Positions 35,996-46,122 of a stretch of DNA of 64,000 nt are shown here, in pieces. This DNA comes from Glaciihabitans sp. (GTDB lineage: Bacteria; Actinomycetota; Actinomycetes; Actinomycetales; Microbacteriaceae), in assembly GCA_025465535.1 (NCBI GenBank), contig JAODMY010000096.1, positions 1,841 to 65,840 on the forward strand, given 5' to 3'. The first letter of the stretch is position 1; each line of letters begins with the position of its first letter. The translations under genes were made by a program, and so were the position numbers. A model generated the notes under the pieces. That model had not been told where the DNA came from, made no database searches, and saw nothing but the letters and a program-made list of their open reading frames with translations.

Positions 35996-38900
35996 TCAGA
36001 TCTCGTCAATTGACGAGGACTCGAACCGAGCGGAGATGTTGATGCCGAGTTCTTCCGCGGCACGGAACACCTCGTCACTGTCATCCCGCAGGTTGACTGT
36101 CGATCCGTCGGCCGAGAGGACCTCAACGTTCAGGCACAGCGACTGCATTTCCTTGATCAGAACCTTGAAGGACTCGGGGATACCCGGCTCCTGGATGTTC
36201 TCGCCCTTGACGATCGCCTCGTACACCTTGACGCGGCCGAGGATGTCGTCGGACTTGATCGTGAGCAGCTCCTGCAACGCGTAAGCGGCGCCATAGGCCT
36301 CGAGAGCCCAGACCTCCATCTCACCGAAGCGCTGGCCACCGAACTGCGCCTTACCACCCAGCGGCTGCTGCGTGATCATCGAGTACGGGCCAGTGGAGCG
36401 TGCGTGGATCTTGTCGTCGACAAGGTGGTGCAGCTTCAGGATGTACATGTAGCCAACCGAGACCGGCTCGGGGAACGGCTCGCCGGAGCGGCCATCGAAG
36501 AGCTCGGTCTTACCCGTGGAGTCGATCAGGCGCACGCCATCCCGAGTCACGTTGGTCGAATCCAGAAGGCCGGCGATTTCCTCTTCGAGGGCACCGTCGA
36601 ACACCGGGGTGGCAACCTTGGTACCGGGAGCTGCGCTGTGCGCGGCCTCCGGAAGGCGGCCGGCCCACTTCGGGCTTCCCTTGACGTCCCAACCCTGCTT
36701 CGCAACCCAACCGAGGTGAGTTTCGAGGACCTGGCCGAAGTTCATTCGTCCAGGGATACCGAGCGGGTTCAGGATGATGTCGACCGGAGTTCCATCGCTG
36801 AGGAACGGCATGTCCTCGACCGGGAGGATCTTCGAGATGACGCCCTTGTTACCGTGACGGCCAGCAAGCTTGTCGCCCTCGGTGATCTTGCGCTTCTGGG
36901 CGATGTAGACGACCACGCGCTGGTTGACACCAGAGCCAAGTTCGTCGTCGTTGTCGGCGGAGAACTCCTTGACGGCGATGATCGTTCCCGACTCACCGTG
37001 CGGAACCTTCAGCGACGTGTCGCGAACCTCGCGGCTCTTCTCGTTGAAGATGGCGCGCAGCAGGCGCTCCTCGGCGGAAAGCTCGGTCTCGCCCTTGGGC
37101 GTGACCTTTCCGACCAGGATGTCGCCGGTGCGAACCTCGGCACCGATACGGATGATGCCGCGCTCGTCGAGATCCGCGAGGAGCTCTGGCGAAACGTTCG
37201 GCAGGTCGCGGGTGATCTCTTCCTTGCCCAGCTTCGTGTCGCGGGCATCCACTTCGTATTCCTCGATGTGGATGGAGGAGAGCACGTCATCCTTGACCAG
37301 GTTCTGGCTCAGGATGATGGCGTCCTCGAAGTTGTGACCCTCCCACGGCATGAACGCGACGAGGAGGTTCTTGCCGAGCGCGAGCTCGCCATTCTCCGTG
37401 GCCGGTCCGTCCGCGAGAACCTGTCCGGCCTCGATGCGCTCGCCCGCTCCGACGATGACGCGGTTGTTGTACGACGTGCCCTGGTTAGAGCGGTCGAACT
37501 TGCGAAGGAAGTAGTCCTGCGTGCCGCCCTCATCCAGCTGGATGGTGATCTGGTCTGCGGAAACCTCGGCAACCACACCGGCCTTCTCTGCCGTGATCAC
37601 GTCGCCGGCGTCGATGGCCGCGAAGCCCTCCATACCGGTTCCGACCAGCGGGCTCTCGCTGCGGAGCAGCGGGACAGCCTGGCGCTGCATGTTCGCGCCC
37701 ATGAGCGCGCGGTTTGCATCGTCGTGCTCGAGGAACGGGATGAGCGAGGTCGCGACCGACACCATCTGGCGCGGGGAGACATCCATGTAGCCGATGTCCT
37801 CGGTCGGGATCAGGTCGACCTCGCCGCCCTTCTTACGTGCGAGCACGCGAGCCTCGGCGAAGTGAGCGTCAGCCTTCAGCGGAGCGTTGGCCTGGGCGAC
37901 GATGAAGTCGTCCTCCTCGCTCGCGGTCAGGTAGTCGATCGTGGTCGTGACCTTGCCGTTGACAACGCGACGGTACGGCGTCTCGATGAAGCCGAAGGCG
38001 TTGATGCGGGCGAAGGATGCGAGCGATCCGATCAGACCGATGTTCGGGCCCTCAGGAGTTTCGATCGGGCACATGCGGCCGTAGTGCGACGGGTGAACGT
38101 CGCGAACCTCGACGCCTGCGCGTTCACGGGACAGACCACCTGGGCCAAGCGCGCTCAGGCGGCGCTTGTGCGTCAGGCCCGCAAGCGGGTTGTTCTGGTC
38201 CATGAACTGGCTGAGCTGCGACGTACCGAAGAACTCCTTGATCGCTGCGACGACGGGGCGCACATTGATCAGGGTCTGCGGGGTGATCGCTTCGATGTCC
38301 TGCGTGGTCATGCGCTCGCGAACGACGCGCTCCATGCGGGAGAGACCGGTGCGAACCTGGTTCTGGATGAGCTCGCCGACCGCACGGATACGACGGTTAC
38401 CGAAGTGGTCGATGTCGTCGACGTCGAGGCGCACATCCACCTTCTTGCCATCGCGGATGCCCTTGATGGTCGGGAAGGAGTTCTCGTGCTGCGTGACATC
38501 CGGGGACGTCTCGTCGTGAAGTGCAACCAGGTACTTGATGGTCGCGAGGATGTCCTCGACGGTCAGCACCGAGTTGGTCAGCGGGGCGTCGATACCGAGC
38601 TTGCGGTTGATCTTGTAGCGACCAACCTTGGCCAGGTCGTAGCGCTTGCCGTTGAAGTAGAAGTTGTCGAGGAGCGCACGCGCGGCCTCGGCTGCAACCT
38701 GCTCGCCCGGACGGAGCTTGCGGTAGATGTCCTTGAGCGCCTCCTCCTTGGTGAGGATGGTGTCCTTCTCCAGGGTGAGCGCGATCGACGGGAAGCCCTT
38801 GAACTCCTCGAGGATCTGCTCGCTGGTCAGGCCGAGTGCCTTGAGGAACACGGTCACCGACTGCTTGCGCTTGCGGTCGATGCGAACGCCGACCTGGTCG

Positions 38901-39520
38901 CGCTTGTCGATCTCGAACTCGAGCCAGGCCCCTCGGCTCGGGATGATGCGAGCCGAGTAGATGTCCTTATCGGAGAGCTTCTCCGGCGTGCGGTCGAAGT
39001 AGACACCGGGCGAACGAACGAGCTGCGAAACGACGACGCGCTCCGTGCCGTTGATGATGAACGTTCCCTTGATGGTCATCAGCGGGAAGTCGCCCATGAA
39101 CACCGTCTGGGTCTTGATCTCGCCCGTGAGGTGGTTCATGAACTCTGCGTTCACATAGAGAGGAGCGGCGTAGGTCTTGCCACGCTCCTTGCACTCGTCG
39201 ATCGAGTACTTGGGCTCTTCGAGCTCGGGTCCCGTGAACGACAACTGCATGGTCTCGCCGAGGTCTTCGATCGGAGATATCTCCTCGAAGATTTCGTCGA
39301 GGCCACTCTGCGAGGGAAGATCGGTGCGGCCCTGGGCCACACCTTCCGCAACCCGCTGTTTCCAGATGTCATTACCGACGAGCCAGTCAAAGCTCTCGGT
39401 CTGCAGGGCGAGCAGATCCGGAACAGTGAGTGTGTCGGTAATTTTTGCGAACGAAAGACGCCCAGCTGAGCGACCGTTCTTGGGGGACTTGTTGGTGGTT
39501 GCGTTTTTCGCAGCAGCCAA
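35996..39520 (-). CDS. rpoB: DNA-directed RNA polymerase subunit beta
   Basis: 1174 aa with a TTG start after a GGAGG SD. Rifampicin cluster region [37 protein letters not shown]. Confidence 0.99.
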   Translation of the reverse strand: MAAAKNATTNKSPKNGRSAGRLSFAKITDTLTVPDLLALQTESFDWLVGNDIWKQRVAEGVAQGRTDLPSQSGLDEIFEEISPIEDLGETMQLSFTGPELEEPKYSIDECKERGKTYAAPLYVNAEFMNHLTGEIKTQTVFMGDFPLMTIKGTFIINGTERVVVSQLVRSPGVYFDRTPEKLSDKDIYSARIIPSRGAWLEFEIDKRDQVGVRIDRKRKQSVTVFLKALGLTSEQILEEFKGFPSIALTLEKDTILTKEEALKDIYRKLRPGEQVAAEAARALLDNFYFNGKRYDLAKVGRYKINRKLGIDAPLTNSVLTVEDILATIKYLVALHDETSPDVTQHENSFPTIKGIRDGKKVDVRLDVDDIDHFGNRRIRAVGELIQNQVRTGLSRMERVVRERMTTQDIEAITPQTLINVRPVVAAIKEFFGTSQLSQFMDQNNPLAGLTHKRRLSALGPGGLSRERAGVEVRDVHPSHYGRMCPIETPEGPNIGLIGSLASFARINAFGFIETPYRRVVNGKVTTTIDYLTASEEDDFIVAQANAPLKADAHFAEARVLARKKGGEVDLIPTEDIGYMDVSPRQMVSVATSLIPFLEHDDANRALMGANMQRQAVPLLRSESPLVGTGMEGFAAIDAGDVITAEKAGVVAEVSADQITIQLDEGGTQDYFLRKFDRSNQGTSYNNRVIVGAGERIEAGQVLADGPATENGELALGKNLLVAFMPWEGHNFEDAIILSQNLVKDDVLSSIHIEEYEVDARDTKLGKEEITRDLPNVSPELLADLDERGIIRIGAEVRTGDILVGKVTPKGETELSAEERLLRAIFNEKSREVRDTSLKVPHGESGTIIAVKEFSADNDDELGSGVNQRVVVYIAQKRKITEGDKLAGRHGNKGVISKILPVEDMPFLSDGTPVDIILNPLGIPGRMNFGQVLETHLGWVAKQGWDVKGSPKWAGRLPEAAHSAAPGTKVATPVFDGALEEEIAGLLDSTNVTRDGVRLIDSTGKTELFDGRSGEPFPEPVSVGYMYILKLHHLVDDKIHARSTGPYSMITQQPLGGKAQFGGQRFGEMEVWALEAYGAAYALQELLTIKSDDILGRVKVYEAIVKGENIQEPGIPESFKVLIKEMQSLCLNVEVLSADGSTVNLRDDSDEVFRAAEELGINISARFESSSIDEI

Positions 39521-39704
39521 GGAAATAACCTCCGTGGGCCATCAAGGGCCATAACTGTCGGTAATAGTGAGATTGACCCACCAGATCCTTCAGGTTTTCA
39601 ACCTTTCGGCCTTAAAACCTGAAGAGAATTCCCCGCCGCTATACTCGGGGCGCACCTGCCGTCCGCAATATGACGGGCAAAGTTGTCTGGGAGCGCAAAG
39701 AACA

Positions 39705-39734
39705 ACTATAGGTCGGAAGCGTCCACAGTTGCAA
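39705..39734 (-). promoter_or_regulatory. SigA-type promoter candidate for rpoB
   Basis: The minus strand reads TTGCAA-18 nt-TATAGT, about 185 nt upstream of the rpoB TTG start. The leader contains an 11-bp hairpin (39588-39624, CTTCAGGTTTT/AAAACCTGAAG). Confidence 0.4.
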
Positions 39735-39742
39735 GTTATTCC

Positions 39743-39771
39743 TTGACCGATTTGCGATTTAGGGCTATAAG
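39743..39771 (+). promoter_or_regulatory. SigA-type promoter candidate, divergent from rpoB, with no downstream CDS
   Basis: The plus strand reads TTGACC-17 nt-TATAAG. Its -35 is 8 nt from the -35 of the rpoB candidate promoter. Confidence 0.4.
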
Positions 39772-39888
39772 CGTCGAAATCGGTAGTTTCTGAGTTTTGC
39801 TCCGCAGGTTTTGGCGGGCTCGTGCGGTCGCCGCGTCGCGCTGTTCGCCGCCCCTGTCGCGGTCACACGAATCACCAGCTCTGACCGT

Positions 39889-39954
39889 GTCTGCCCCCGG
39901 CTGATGCGTCTGCCCCCGTACGTACGGGGGCAGACGCATCACCCGGGGGCACAC
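39889..39954. repeat. 66-nt palindromic intergenic repeat, copy A
   Basis: GTCTGCCCCCGGcTGATGCGTCTGCCCCCGTAC|GTACGGGGGCAGACGCATCACCCGGGGGCAcAC. It is 64/66 identical to copy B at 46762-46827. The inner 38 nt are a perfect palindrome. It lies 34 nt downstream of the response-regulator stop. Confidence 0.9.
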
Positions 39955-39988
39955 ACGGGTTGCGACCTGGAACTAGCACGCCGGGCAG

Positions 39989-40705
39989 TCAGCGGGAGCG
40001 GACCAGCGCGATCGCCTGGGCACGGTCGCGGACACCGAGCTTCGCGAAGATCGAGTTGATGTGGGTCTTGACCGTGGCGACGCCGACGAAGAGTTTCGCC
40101 GCGATCTCCGCGTTGCTCAGGCCCTCGCCGATGAGGTCGAGCACCTCGAACTCCCGACGGGTCAGCGCGAACCGGATGGCGAGATCGTCCCCGGCGACCT
40201 CGCCGCGGGCGGTGAGATCCCCCTCGACGCCCGAGGTCGGCCCGCTCCGAGCGGCACCGAACAGCGCACTGCCCGCATCCGCCCCGAGCGTCGTGTGGCC
40301 CTGCGCGACCGCGCGGACGGCGGCGGCGACCTCGGCCCGGTCGGCGTCCTTGGTGAGAAATCCCCTGGCGCCGGCTCGCAGGACATCCACGACCGATGCC
40401 TCATCGGCGAAGGTTGTCAGGATCAGGATCCCGATTTCGGGATGCGCCGCCACGATCTGCCTTGTCGCCTCGAGTCCGCCGAGGACTGGCATCCGCAGGT
40501 CCATGAGAACGACATCCGGCAGCAGCTGGCCGACGAGCACCACGGCGGCGGCACCATCCGCGGCCTGGCCCAGCACCTCGATGTCCGGTAGCAGCGAGAG
40601 AACAGTGACGAGTCCCTCGCGCACGATCGCCTGGTCGTCAACCACGATCACGCGGATGTCCCCGCTCACCCGAATTCCCGCACTCGCCGGGATGCCGTCG
40701 CTCAC
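39989..40705 (-). CDS. NarL/LuxR-family response regulator
   Basis: 238 aa. Receiver domain IRVIVVDDQAIVREGL...DVVLMDLRMP. C-terminal LuxR HTH LTRREFEVLDLIGEGLSNAEIAAKLFVGVATVKTHINSIFAKLGV. A GTGA overlap links it to the kinase gene. Confidence 0.9.
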   Translation of the reverse strand: MSDGIPASAGIRVSGDIRVIVVDDQAIVREGLVTVLSLLPDIEVLGQAADGAAAVVLVGQLLPDVVLMDLRMPVLGGLEATRQIVAAHPEIGILILTTFADEASVVDVLRAGARGFLTKDADRAEVAAAVRAVAQGHTTLGADAGSALFGAARSGPTSGVEGDLTARGEVAGDDLAIRFALTRREFEVLDLIGEGLSNAEIAAKLFVGVATVKTHINSIFAKLGVRDRAQAIALVRSR

Positions 40706-41862
40706 GCCGTCGCCCCCGCCACCCGCACCACGAACGAACCGGATTCAGCCAGCCCTGATTCAGCACCGGCGGTCGCGGATCCGCCGGGCAGCGCCGCGAA
40801 TCTCTCGCGCATCCCGACCAGCCCGTGGCCGCCACCCAAGTCATTCGCCACGGCACCAGCGCCGCCAGCGGGCAACGGATTCGAGACGCTCAACTGCACC
40901 GCGCCACTCTGCCACGAGAGCCGAGCCGTGACGGGTTCACCCGGTGCGTGTTTGCGGGCATTGGTCAGCCCCTCCTGAAGTGCGCGTCGCAGGGCGCCCG
41001 CGAGCGGGCCTCCCAGCGCGTGTCGCGTTCCCGTCTCGACCACATCGACCGATCCGCCGAGTGAGCGGTGCACGGCAAGCAGGTCCCGCAGGCTCGCCAC
41101 GAACTCGTCCCCGGTGACCCGCGAACTCGCGGGTGGTTCGCCGAGGGCCGCGACCGCGCGGCGCGCCTCGCTCAACCCCTCGGCGGCGAGGGCTCTCGAG
41201 TCGCGGACGCGGGCCGCGGCAGCCTTCGTGTCACCCGCTTCGAGGAGTGCGTCGACGGCATCCAGCTGGATCACGAGTCCGCCGAGGCTGTGCGCGAGAA
41301 CATCGTGGATGTCGTGCGCCAGCTGCTGGCGCGCGTCGAGCACGTCCGCCCTCGCCTGTTCCCCGACCAGCTCCCGCGAGCGCGCTTCGGCCACCAGGAA
41401 CTGCCTTCGGCTGAACCCTCCGAAGAAGGCGACCACGAGGCCCGCCTCGATCGAGAGGAGACCGAGGAATGCGATCGGCAGGATCAAGTCCCCGATCAGG
41501 ACGACGATCATGCCAACGAATCCGAAGACCAGCGAAAGCCAGAGCGGACGATTCTGGTCGCGTCCCATCCACAGGAGGGCGACGAGGACCGGGACAACGC
41601 CAACGGCATCCGTCGATGTCGAGACGATGCCGCCGCCCACAATCATCAGGCCGAGCAGAACCGTACCGACGCGGGTGTAGCGAGGGGGCATCGCTGCGAA
41701 GCCGATCCAGGCGACCTCGGCGACGAGAACGCAAAGGAGGACCCAGAGCGGAATCGAACCGCGCGAAAATCGGGCGAAGGTATCCCAGCCGATCGCCGCG
41801 ATCCCGATCAGGCTGAGGACCCGCCGAAACCAGGTCTGCGACGGGACCACGGCGTTGCTCAT
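40702..41862 (-). CDS. Sensor histidine kinase (HisKA_3 / NarX-DesK type)
   Basis: The start is taken at the ATG at 41860-41862 (MSNAVVPSQTW...), because the longer track ORF overlaps the upstream gene. Several TM helices are followed by the H-box LAHDIHDVLAHSLGGLVIQL and an HATPase region LTNARKHAP...GGGHGLVGMRER. Confidence 0.85.
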   Translation of the reverse strand: MSNAVVPSQTWFRRVLSLIGIAAIGWDTFARFSRGSIPLWVLLCVLVAEVAWIGFAAMPPRYTRVGTVLLGLMIVGGGIVSTSTDAVGVVPVLVALLWMGRDQNRPLWLSLVFGFVGMIVVLIGDLILPIAFLGLLSIEAGLVVAFFGGFSRRQFLVAEARSRELVGEQARADVLDARQQLAHDIHDVLAHSLGGLVIQLDAVDALLEAGDTKAAAARVRDSRALAAEGLSEARRAVAALGEPPASSRVTGDEFVASLRDLLAVHRSLGGSVDVVETGTRHALGGPLAGALRRALQEGLTNARKHAPGEPVTARLSWQSGAVQLSVSNPLPAGGAGAVANDLGGGHGLVGMRERFAALPGGSATAGAESGLAESGSFVVRVAGATA

Positions 41863-41869
41863 GAACCAA

Positions 41870-42415
41870 TCATGCGGCGACGAGGGGCTTGCGTTCCATC
41901 CGGTTAAGGACGACGAAGGCGCGCGCCGCACGGTTGGCAGCCACGACGAGCAGAATCGTGCCGGTCGAAGCCAGCAGCGCGGAAGGGTAGTAGTGCGCGA
42001 CCGCAAGCTCGATCCCGACCCGGAGGGCGATCAACACGATCCAGAGCGACGCTCCGAGAGCACCGGTGCGCGACTCGACCACGATGACGGACGGATCGTG
42101 CTGTGTCGGCTCGCCACGACGGCCTCGCACATCGTTCGCCGTCTGCGGCCGGGAGCGGAAGCGCGCCAGCGATCCCATCACGGCACCGAGCACGATCGAG
42201 ATCACCAGCTCTCCCGCGAGGATGACCAGGTCGAGCGGCCGCACGGACGTCAGTGACTTCGTCTGGGAGAGCATGATCACCCCGATGATTCCGACGACCA
42301 GCGGCATCCGCCACAGCTTCGAGGCGTTCGTCAGCTGCCAGGTGAACTGGCGATAGATGATCCAGCAGACGAGGGCGGCGGCGATGAGGATGTCCGCGAC
42401 GTTCGAAATGTTCAT
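41870..42415 (-). CDS. Hypothetical integral membrane protein co-oriented with the two-component system
   Basis: About 181 aa from the ATG at 42413-42415 (MNISNVADILIAAALVCWIIY...), with four predicted hydrophobic helices. I do not confidently recognise any family. Confidence 0.55.
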   Translation of the reverse strand: MNISNVADILIAAALVCWIIYRQFTWQLTNASKLWRMPLVVGIIGVIMLSQTKSLTSVRPLDLVILAGELVISIVLGAVMGSLARFRSRPQTANDVRGRRGEPTQHDPSVIVVESRTGALGASLWIVLIALRVGIELAVAHYYPSALLASTGTILLVVAANRAARAFVVLNRMERKPLVAA

Positions 42416-42493
42416 GGCCCAAGCCTCGCCGACAGCCCGCGAACGCAACCACCGCCCACGGGTGGAGAACCGGGTGGAGATTCACGCAGGGAA

Positions 42494-43381
42494 GTGCGGG
42501 ATGATCGAGGGGTGGCCGAATATCCGCACGTGGTGCTCAAAATCAGCGGATACCTTGCCGTTATCGAACCGGACCGCTGGGTTCCGGGCTCGTACACTCT
42601 CGTTGTCGACGGCACCCCGCAGTCGCACGTCAACCTCGAGGACCCCACCCGCCTCTTCTTCGAATACGTCGAGCGCATCGGGCACGTGATCGACCAGCTC
42701 GGGGAGGCGGGCGAGCCGATCACGGCCGTGCACCTCGGCGCCGGCGCACTCACGCTGCCGCGCTACATCGAGGCGACGCGGCCGGGATCCCGCCAACAGG
42801 TGATCGAGCTCGAGAGCGACCTCGTCGAGCTGGTGCGCGCGGAGCTTCCGCTGCCGAAGGGCGCATCCATCCGGGTTCGCTACGGGGATGCGCGCGAGAT
42901 GCTCGGGAAGCTGCCTGCCGGGCTGAACGGATCCGCCGATCTCGTTGTCGTCGACGTGTTCAGCGGGGCGCGCACGCCGGCGCACGTGACCAGCATCGAG
43001 TTCTACCAGGCTGCGATCGCGCTCCTGAAACCCAACGGCATCCTCGCGGTGAATGTCGCCGACGGTCCAGGGCTCCGGTTCGCCCGCGGCCAGGCCGCGA
43101 CGCTGCGCTCCGTGCTCGAGGATGTCGCGGCGCTCGCCGAGACCCAGATCCTCAAGGGCCGCCGCTTCGGCAACGTCGTGATGATCGGGTCGCGCGCCGC
43201 ACTCCCACTCGACTGGATGCCGCGGCTGCTCGCCGGCGGACCGCATCCATCGAAGGTGGTCACCGGCCGCGAACTCACCGACTGGATCGCCGGGGCGCCG
43301 ATCGTGACCGACGCAACTGCGACGCCGTCACCACCGCCATCCCGCAACATCTTCCAGGTTCGGCCGAGCGGAAGCGACTAG
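42494..43381 (+). CDS. Spermidine-synthase-like class I SAM-dependent methyltransferase-fold protein
   Basis: 295 aa. VHLGAGALTLPRYI (a GxGxG-like SAM motif), ...DLVVVDVFSGARTPAHVTSIEFY...LKPNGILAVNV resembles the spermidine synthase / PABS fold. The exact start is uncertain. Confidence 0.65.
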   Translation: MRDDRGVAEYPHVVLKISGYLAVIEPDRWVPGSYTLVVDGTPQSHVNLEDPTRLFFEYVERIGHVIDQLGEAGEPITAVHLGAGALTLPRYIEATRPGSRQQVIELESDLVELVRAELPLPKGASIRVRYGDAREMLGKLPAGLNGSADLVVVDVFSGARTPAHVTSIEFYQAAIALLKPNGILAVNVADGPGLRFARGQAATLRSVLEDVAALAETQILKGRRFGNVVMIGSRAALPLDWMPRLLAGGPHPSKVVTGRELTDWIAGAPIVTDATATPSPPPSRNIFQVRPSGSD

Positions 43382-43476
43382 GGCGAGGCCTCCTCCACAG
43401 TCGTGCTCGCCGCCGAGGAGTCCACCGGTGCTGCGCCCAGCCCTCATTCACGGGCGGTTGAGGTTAACCTTTTCAG

Positions 43477-43968
43477 GTGGCAGATCTGGATCGAGTTCGC
43501 ACCTGGGCCGAGGCGCTCATAGCGCTGCACCTCGACCCGGCGGTGTGGTCGTTCGGTTTCGACAACGCCAAAACCCGTGCCGGCCTGTGCAGTTTCGATC
43601 GCCATCGCATCACCGTTTCGCGATATCTCGCGGGGCGTTACGAGGATGACGAGATCCACCAGATCCTGCTGCACGAGGTTGCCCATGCACTCGCCGGGCC
43701 CCGCGTCGGGCACGGTCCAAAGTGGCGATCCGTCGCAAAGGAACTCGGCTACGACGGCAAGCGCACGCACGATGGCGCCATCGCCGACGAGTTCGCACCC
43801 TGGATCGGCACCTGCCCGGCCGGCCACATCCACTATCGGTACAAGCAGCCCATGCGAACCCTCGCCTGCGGCCGGTGCTCGCGCCGGTTCGATCCGGCAC
43901 ACGCGATCGACTGGCAGCGGCGAGACGTCAGCGCCTCGGGTCGAAGAGTTGCTGCGCGGAATCTCTAG
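43477..43968 (+). CDS. SprT-like zinc metalloprotease-domain protein
   Basis: 163 aa. GLCSFDRHRITVSRYL...ILLHEVAHAL (HExxH) with a C-terminal Cys cluster CPAGH...CGRC. Confidence 0.75.
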   Translation: MADLDRVRTWAEALIALHLDPAVWSFGFDNAKTRAGLCSFDRHRITVSRYLAGRYEDDEIHQILLHEVAHALAGPRVGHGPKWRSVAKELGYDGKRTHDGAIADEFAPWIGTCPAGHIHYRYKQPMRTLACGRCSRRFDPAHAIDWQRRDVSASGRRVAARNL

Positions 43969-44003
43969 TTGTTCAGTGCTAGCTCAACTGCGCAGTGCTG
44001 GTT

Positions 44004-44450
44004 CTAACTGCTGAGGGCCTCGTCGAGCTGCTCGACGACATCCTTCCAGTGGCCGAGCATGATCTTGCGCTCCTCGCGCCCGGACAGCCGCTCCTGGTGG
44101 AAGGCGATGATGGCGCCGGGGGTCGAAGCCGAGCTGTTCGGCGCTTCCTTGACCGTCACCTGAAGCGTCGAATCGTGATCCCATTCACCGGGCTGCCAGG
44201 TGAGCCGAATGCGGAAGCCCTCGGTGTACGTCAGCGTGTGGCCGCGGATGTCGTCGTCCGTCTCGTAGGCCGCGCCCTTTTCCGGCGAGAGAGTCGTTCG
44301 CCCGAGCCAGATCGGCAGGCCATCGCCGAGTAGGAATTTCCACACCGTCTCGATCGGAGCCCCGACGGTCTTGCGCACGCCGACTTCCCAGCCGGCATCT
44401 TTGGTGAGTCCTGTCGTCGGTTCCGCTGAATCTGGCATGTAACCGACCAT
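44004..44450 (-). CDS. SRPBCC / AHSA1-like domain protein
   Basis: About 148 aa from the ATG at 44450 (another ATG lies at 44438; the track start is a TTG). VWKFLLGDGLPIWLG...GFRIRLTWQPGEWDHDSTLQVTV is an AHSA1/START-like pattern. Confidence 0.6.
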   Translation of the reverse strand: MVGYMPDSAEPTTGLTKDAGWEVGVRKTVGAPIETVWKFLLGDGLPIWLGRTTLSPEKGAAYETDDDIRGHTLTYTEGFRIRLTWQPGEWDHDSTLQVTVKEAPNSSASTPGAIIAFHQERLSGREERKIMLGHWKDVVEQLDEALSS

Positions 44451-44459
44451 AATGGTTAC

Positions 44460-45053
44460 GTGCGGCAAACCCTAACGACAGGCCAGTGGTTGACCCTAGA
44501 CCCTCCGGCAAGCGGCCAGGTGGCGCAGCGCTGGTGGTTCGACTCCGGCTCGATCGCACTCGACTTTGCGTACGTCGGCGGATTCGGGGACATCCCCGAA
44601 TCCCTGACCAGCGCCGCCGAACTCGACGAGTGGCTCGCCAACCGCTTCCCCGGGCTCGATGCCGCCTCCGACCGTGGCCTCATCGACGGTAAGGCACTGC
44701 AGGCGGCGCTCGCCCGCCTCGCCAGGGCGGCCAGTGCTGGCGAGAGCGCGACCGCGGAAGACGTGGATGTCGTCAATTTGTTCGCGGCGACCCCGGACAT
44801 CCCTCCGGCGCTCGAGGGCGGATCGCGTCAGGCCGGCCGATCCCGCGCACGCGTCGGGCAGGCGTTTTCGGCGATGGCGCGGGAGGCGATCGCCGTCTTC
44901 GGACCCGAGGGCGCCGAACGAGTGCGATCCTGCGCCGCGGACGACTGCGACCTCATCTTTTACGACGAATCGCGATCCAACAATCGCCGCTGGTGTTCGA
45001 TGCAGCGCTGCGGTAACCGCGCGAAGGTCCGCGCGCACCGCTCCCGCGCCTAG
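44460..45053 (+). CDS. ABATE/CGNR zinc-finger domain protein (putative regulator)
   Basis: 197 aa. The C-terminus CAADDCDLIFYDESRSNNRRWCSMQRCGNRAKVRAHR contains the CGNR zinc-finger signature. Confidence 0.8.
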   Translation: MRQTLTTGQWLTLDPPASGQVAQRWWFDSGSIALDFAYVGGFGDIPESLTSAAELDEWLANRFPGLDAASDRGLIDGKALQAALARLARAASAGESATAEDVDVVNLFAATPDIPPALEGGSRQAGRSRARVGQAFSAMAREAIAVFGPEGAERVRSCAADDCDLIFYDESRSNNRRWCSMQRCGNRAKVRAHRSRA

Positions 45054-45066
45054 AGTTCGGCCCGAG

Positions 45067-45369
45067 CTACTCGGTGACGGTCACTTCTTTCCAGAAGGCG
45101 ACGTAGCCCGAGAAGTCCTTGCCGACCTTGTCGATTCCCGACGGGTACGGGGTCGGATAGCTCCACGCGCGGTCCTGCAGCACCGCATCCTCGCCCTTGA
45201 CGGAGAAGTACTGGCACTCGCCCTTCCACGGGCAGGTGTACGGGGTCGCGCTCTCGACGAGGTACCCGGACTTCACGCTCGACGGCGGGAAATACCAGTT
45301 GCCCTCGATCGAGATCAGATCGTCCTTGGATGCTTCGGCGATAATCGTGTCGCCCAGTACTGCCTTCAT
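45067..45369 (-). CDS. DUF427-family protein
   Basis: 100 aa from the ATG at 45367-45369 with a GGAGGA SD. IEGNWYFPPSSV...TCPWKGECQYFSV...AWSYPTP is the DUF427 pattern. Confidence 0.75.
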   Translation of the reverse strand: MKAVLGDTIIAEASKDDLISIEGNWYFPPSSVKSGYLVESATPYTCPWKGECQYFSVKGEDAVLQDRAWSYPTPYPSGIDKVGKDFSGYVAFWKEVTVTE

Positions 45370-45413
45370 GGTGTCCTCCAAATTTCCCCTCTGCGGGGTA
45401 CTCGGGAGGAACG

Positions 45414-46058
45414 CTAGGCGCGGAAGGCGAATTCCCTGAGGACGGGAACTGTCGTCGAAACATCGGTTTGCGCGGCGAGCCGGATGTCGTCGGCGAACCC
45501 GTGCTCCGCCAATTCGCGGCCGCTGGCCGAGGCCGTGACCAGGTGCCGGGTCGCCCTGCGGAGGCTCGCGAAGGCAGCGCTCGCGACGGCAGCTTCCGGC
45601 GAGCACGCGTCGAGGCCAATCGCGGCGAGCGCATCGATGACCGCGCCGGCACCGAGCAGGTCCTCGACCGCGACGCGCGTGCCGTGATCACGCCGGTCTC
45701 CGGCAGCGATGATTGCGATCGCGAGACGGTTTCCGGTCGCGTCCTGGTGGGCGAGGATCCACTGGGCGACCGCGGTCGCGTTGCGCAGGGATCCGGCGAT
45801 GACGGTCCCCGAGTGGTCGGCGAGCGCCGCCGCGATCCGCGCACCGTCCGACCCGGGAGCTCCGGCCGCGTCCGGCTCACCTTCGACGGCCGCGAGCTCG
45901 ACCGATCCGCCTCCGGCTACCGCGACGTCGACCGCGGTGCAGAACGACAGGACATCCACGATGACGATGACGTCCGCATCCGACGCGACCGCGTCAGCGC
46001 CCTCGACTCCCCAGTCGAAACGGACCTGGTACGAACTCTGGCTGCGGGGATCGGTCAC
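45414..46058 (-). CDS. 2-phosphosulfolactate phosphatase (ComB)-family protein
   Basis: 214 aa. VIVIVDVLSFCTAVDVAV...GSLRNATAVAQWI...IAIIAAGDR resembles the ComB family. This is a moderate-confidence family call by eye. Confidence 0.6.
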   Translation of the reverse strand: MTDPRSQSSYQVRFDWGVEGADAVASDADVIVIVDVLSFCTAVDVAVAGGGSVELAAVEGEPDAAGAPGSDGARIAAALADHSGTVIAGSLRNATAVAQWILAHQDATGNRLAIAIIAAGDRRDHGTRVAVEDLLGAGAVIDALAAIGLDACSPEAAVASAAFASLRRATRHLVTASASGRELAEHGFADDIRLAAQTDVSTTVPVLREFAFRA

Positions 46059-46122
46059 CCATCAAAGGTACCGAAATCGACGTGCGGCCGGGCTATGCGG
46101 CGACCCGCCGGGCCGCGATGGG

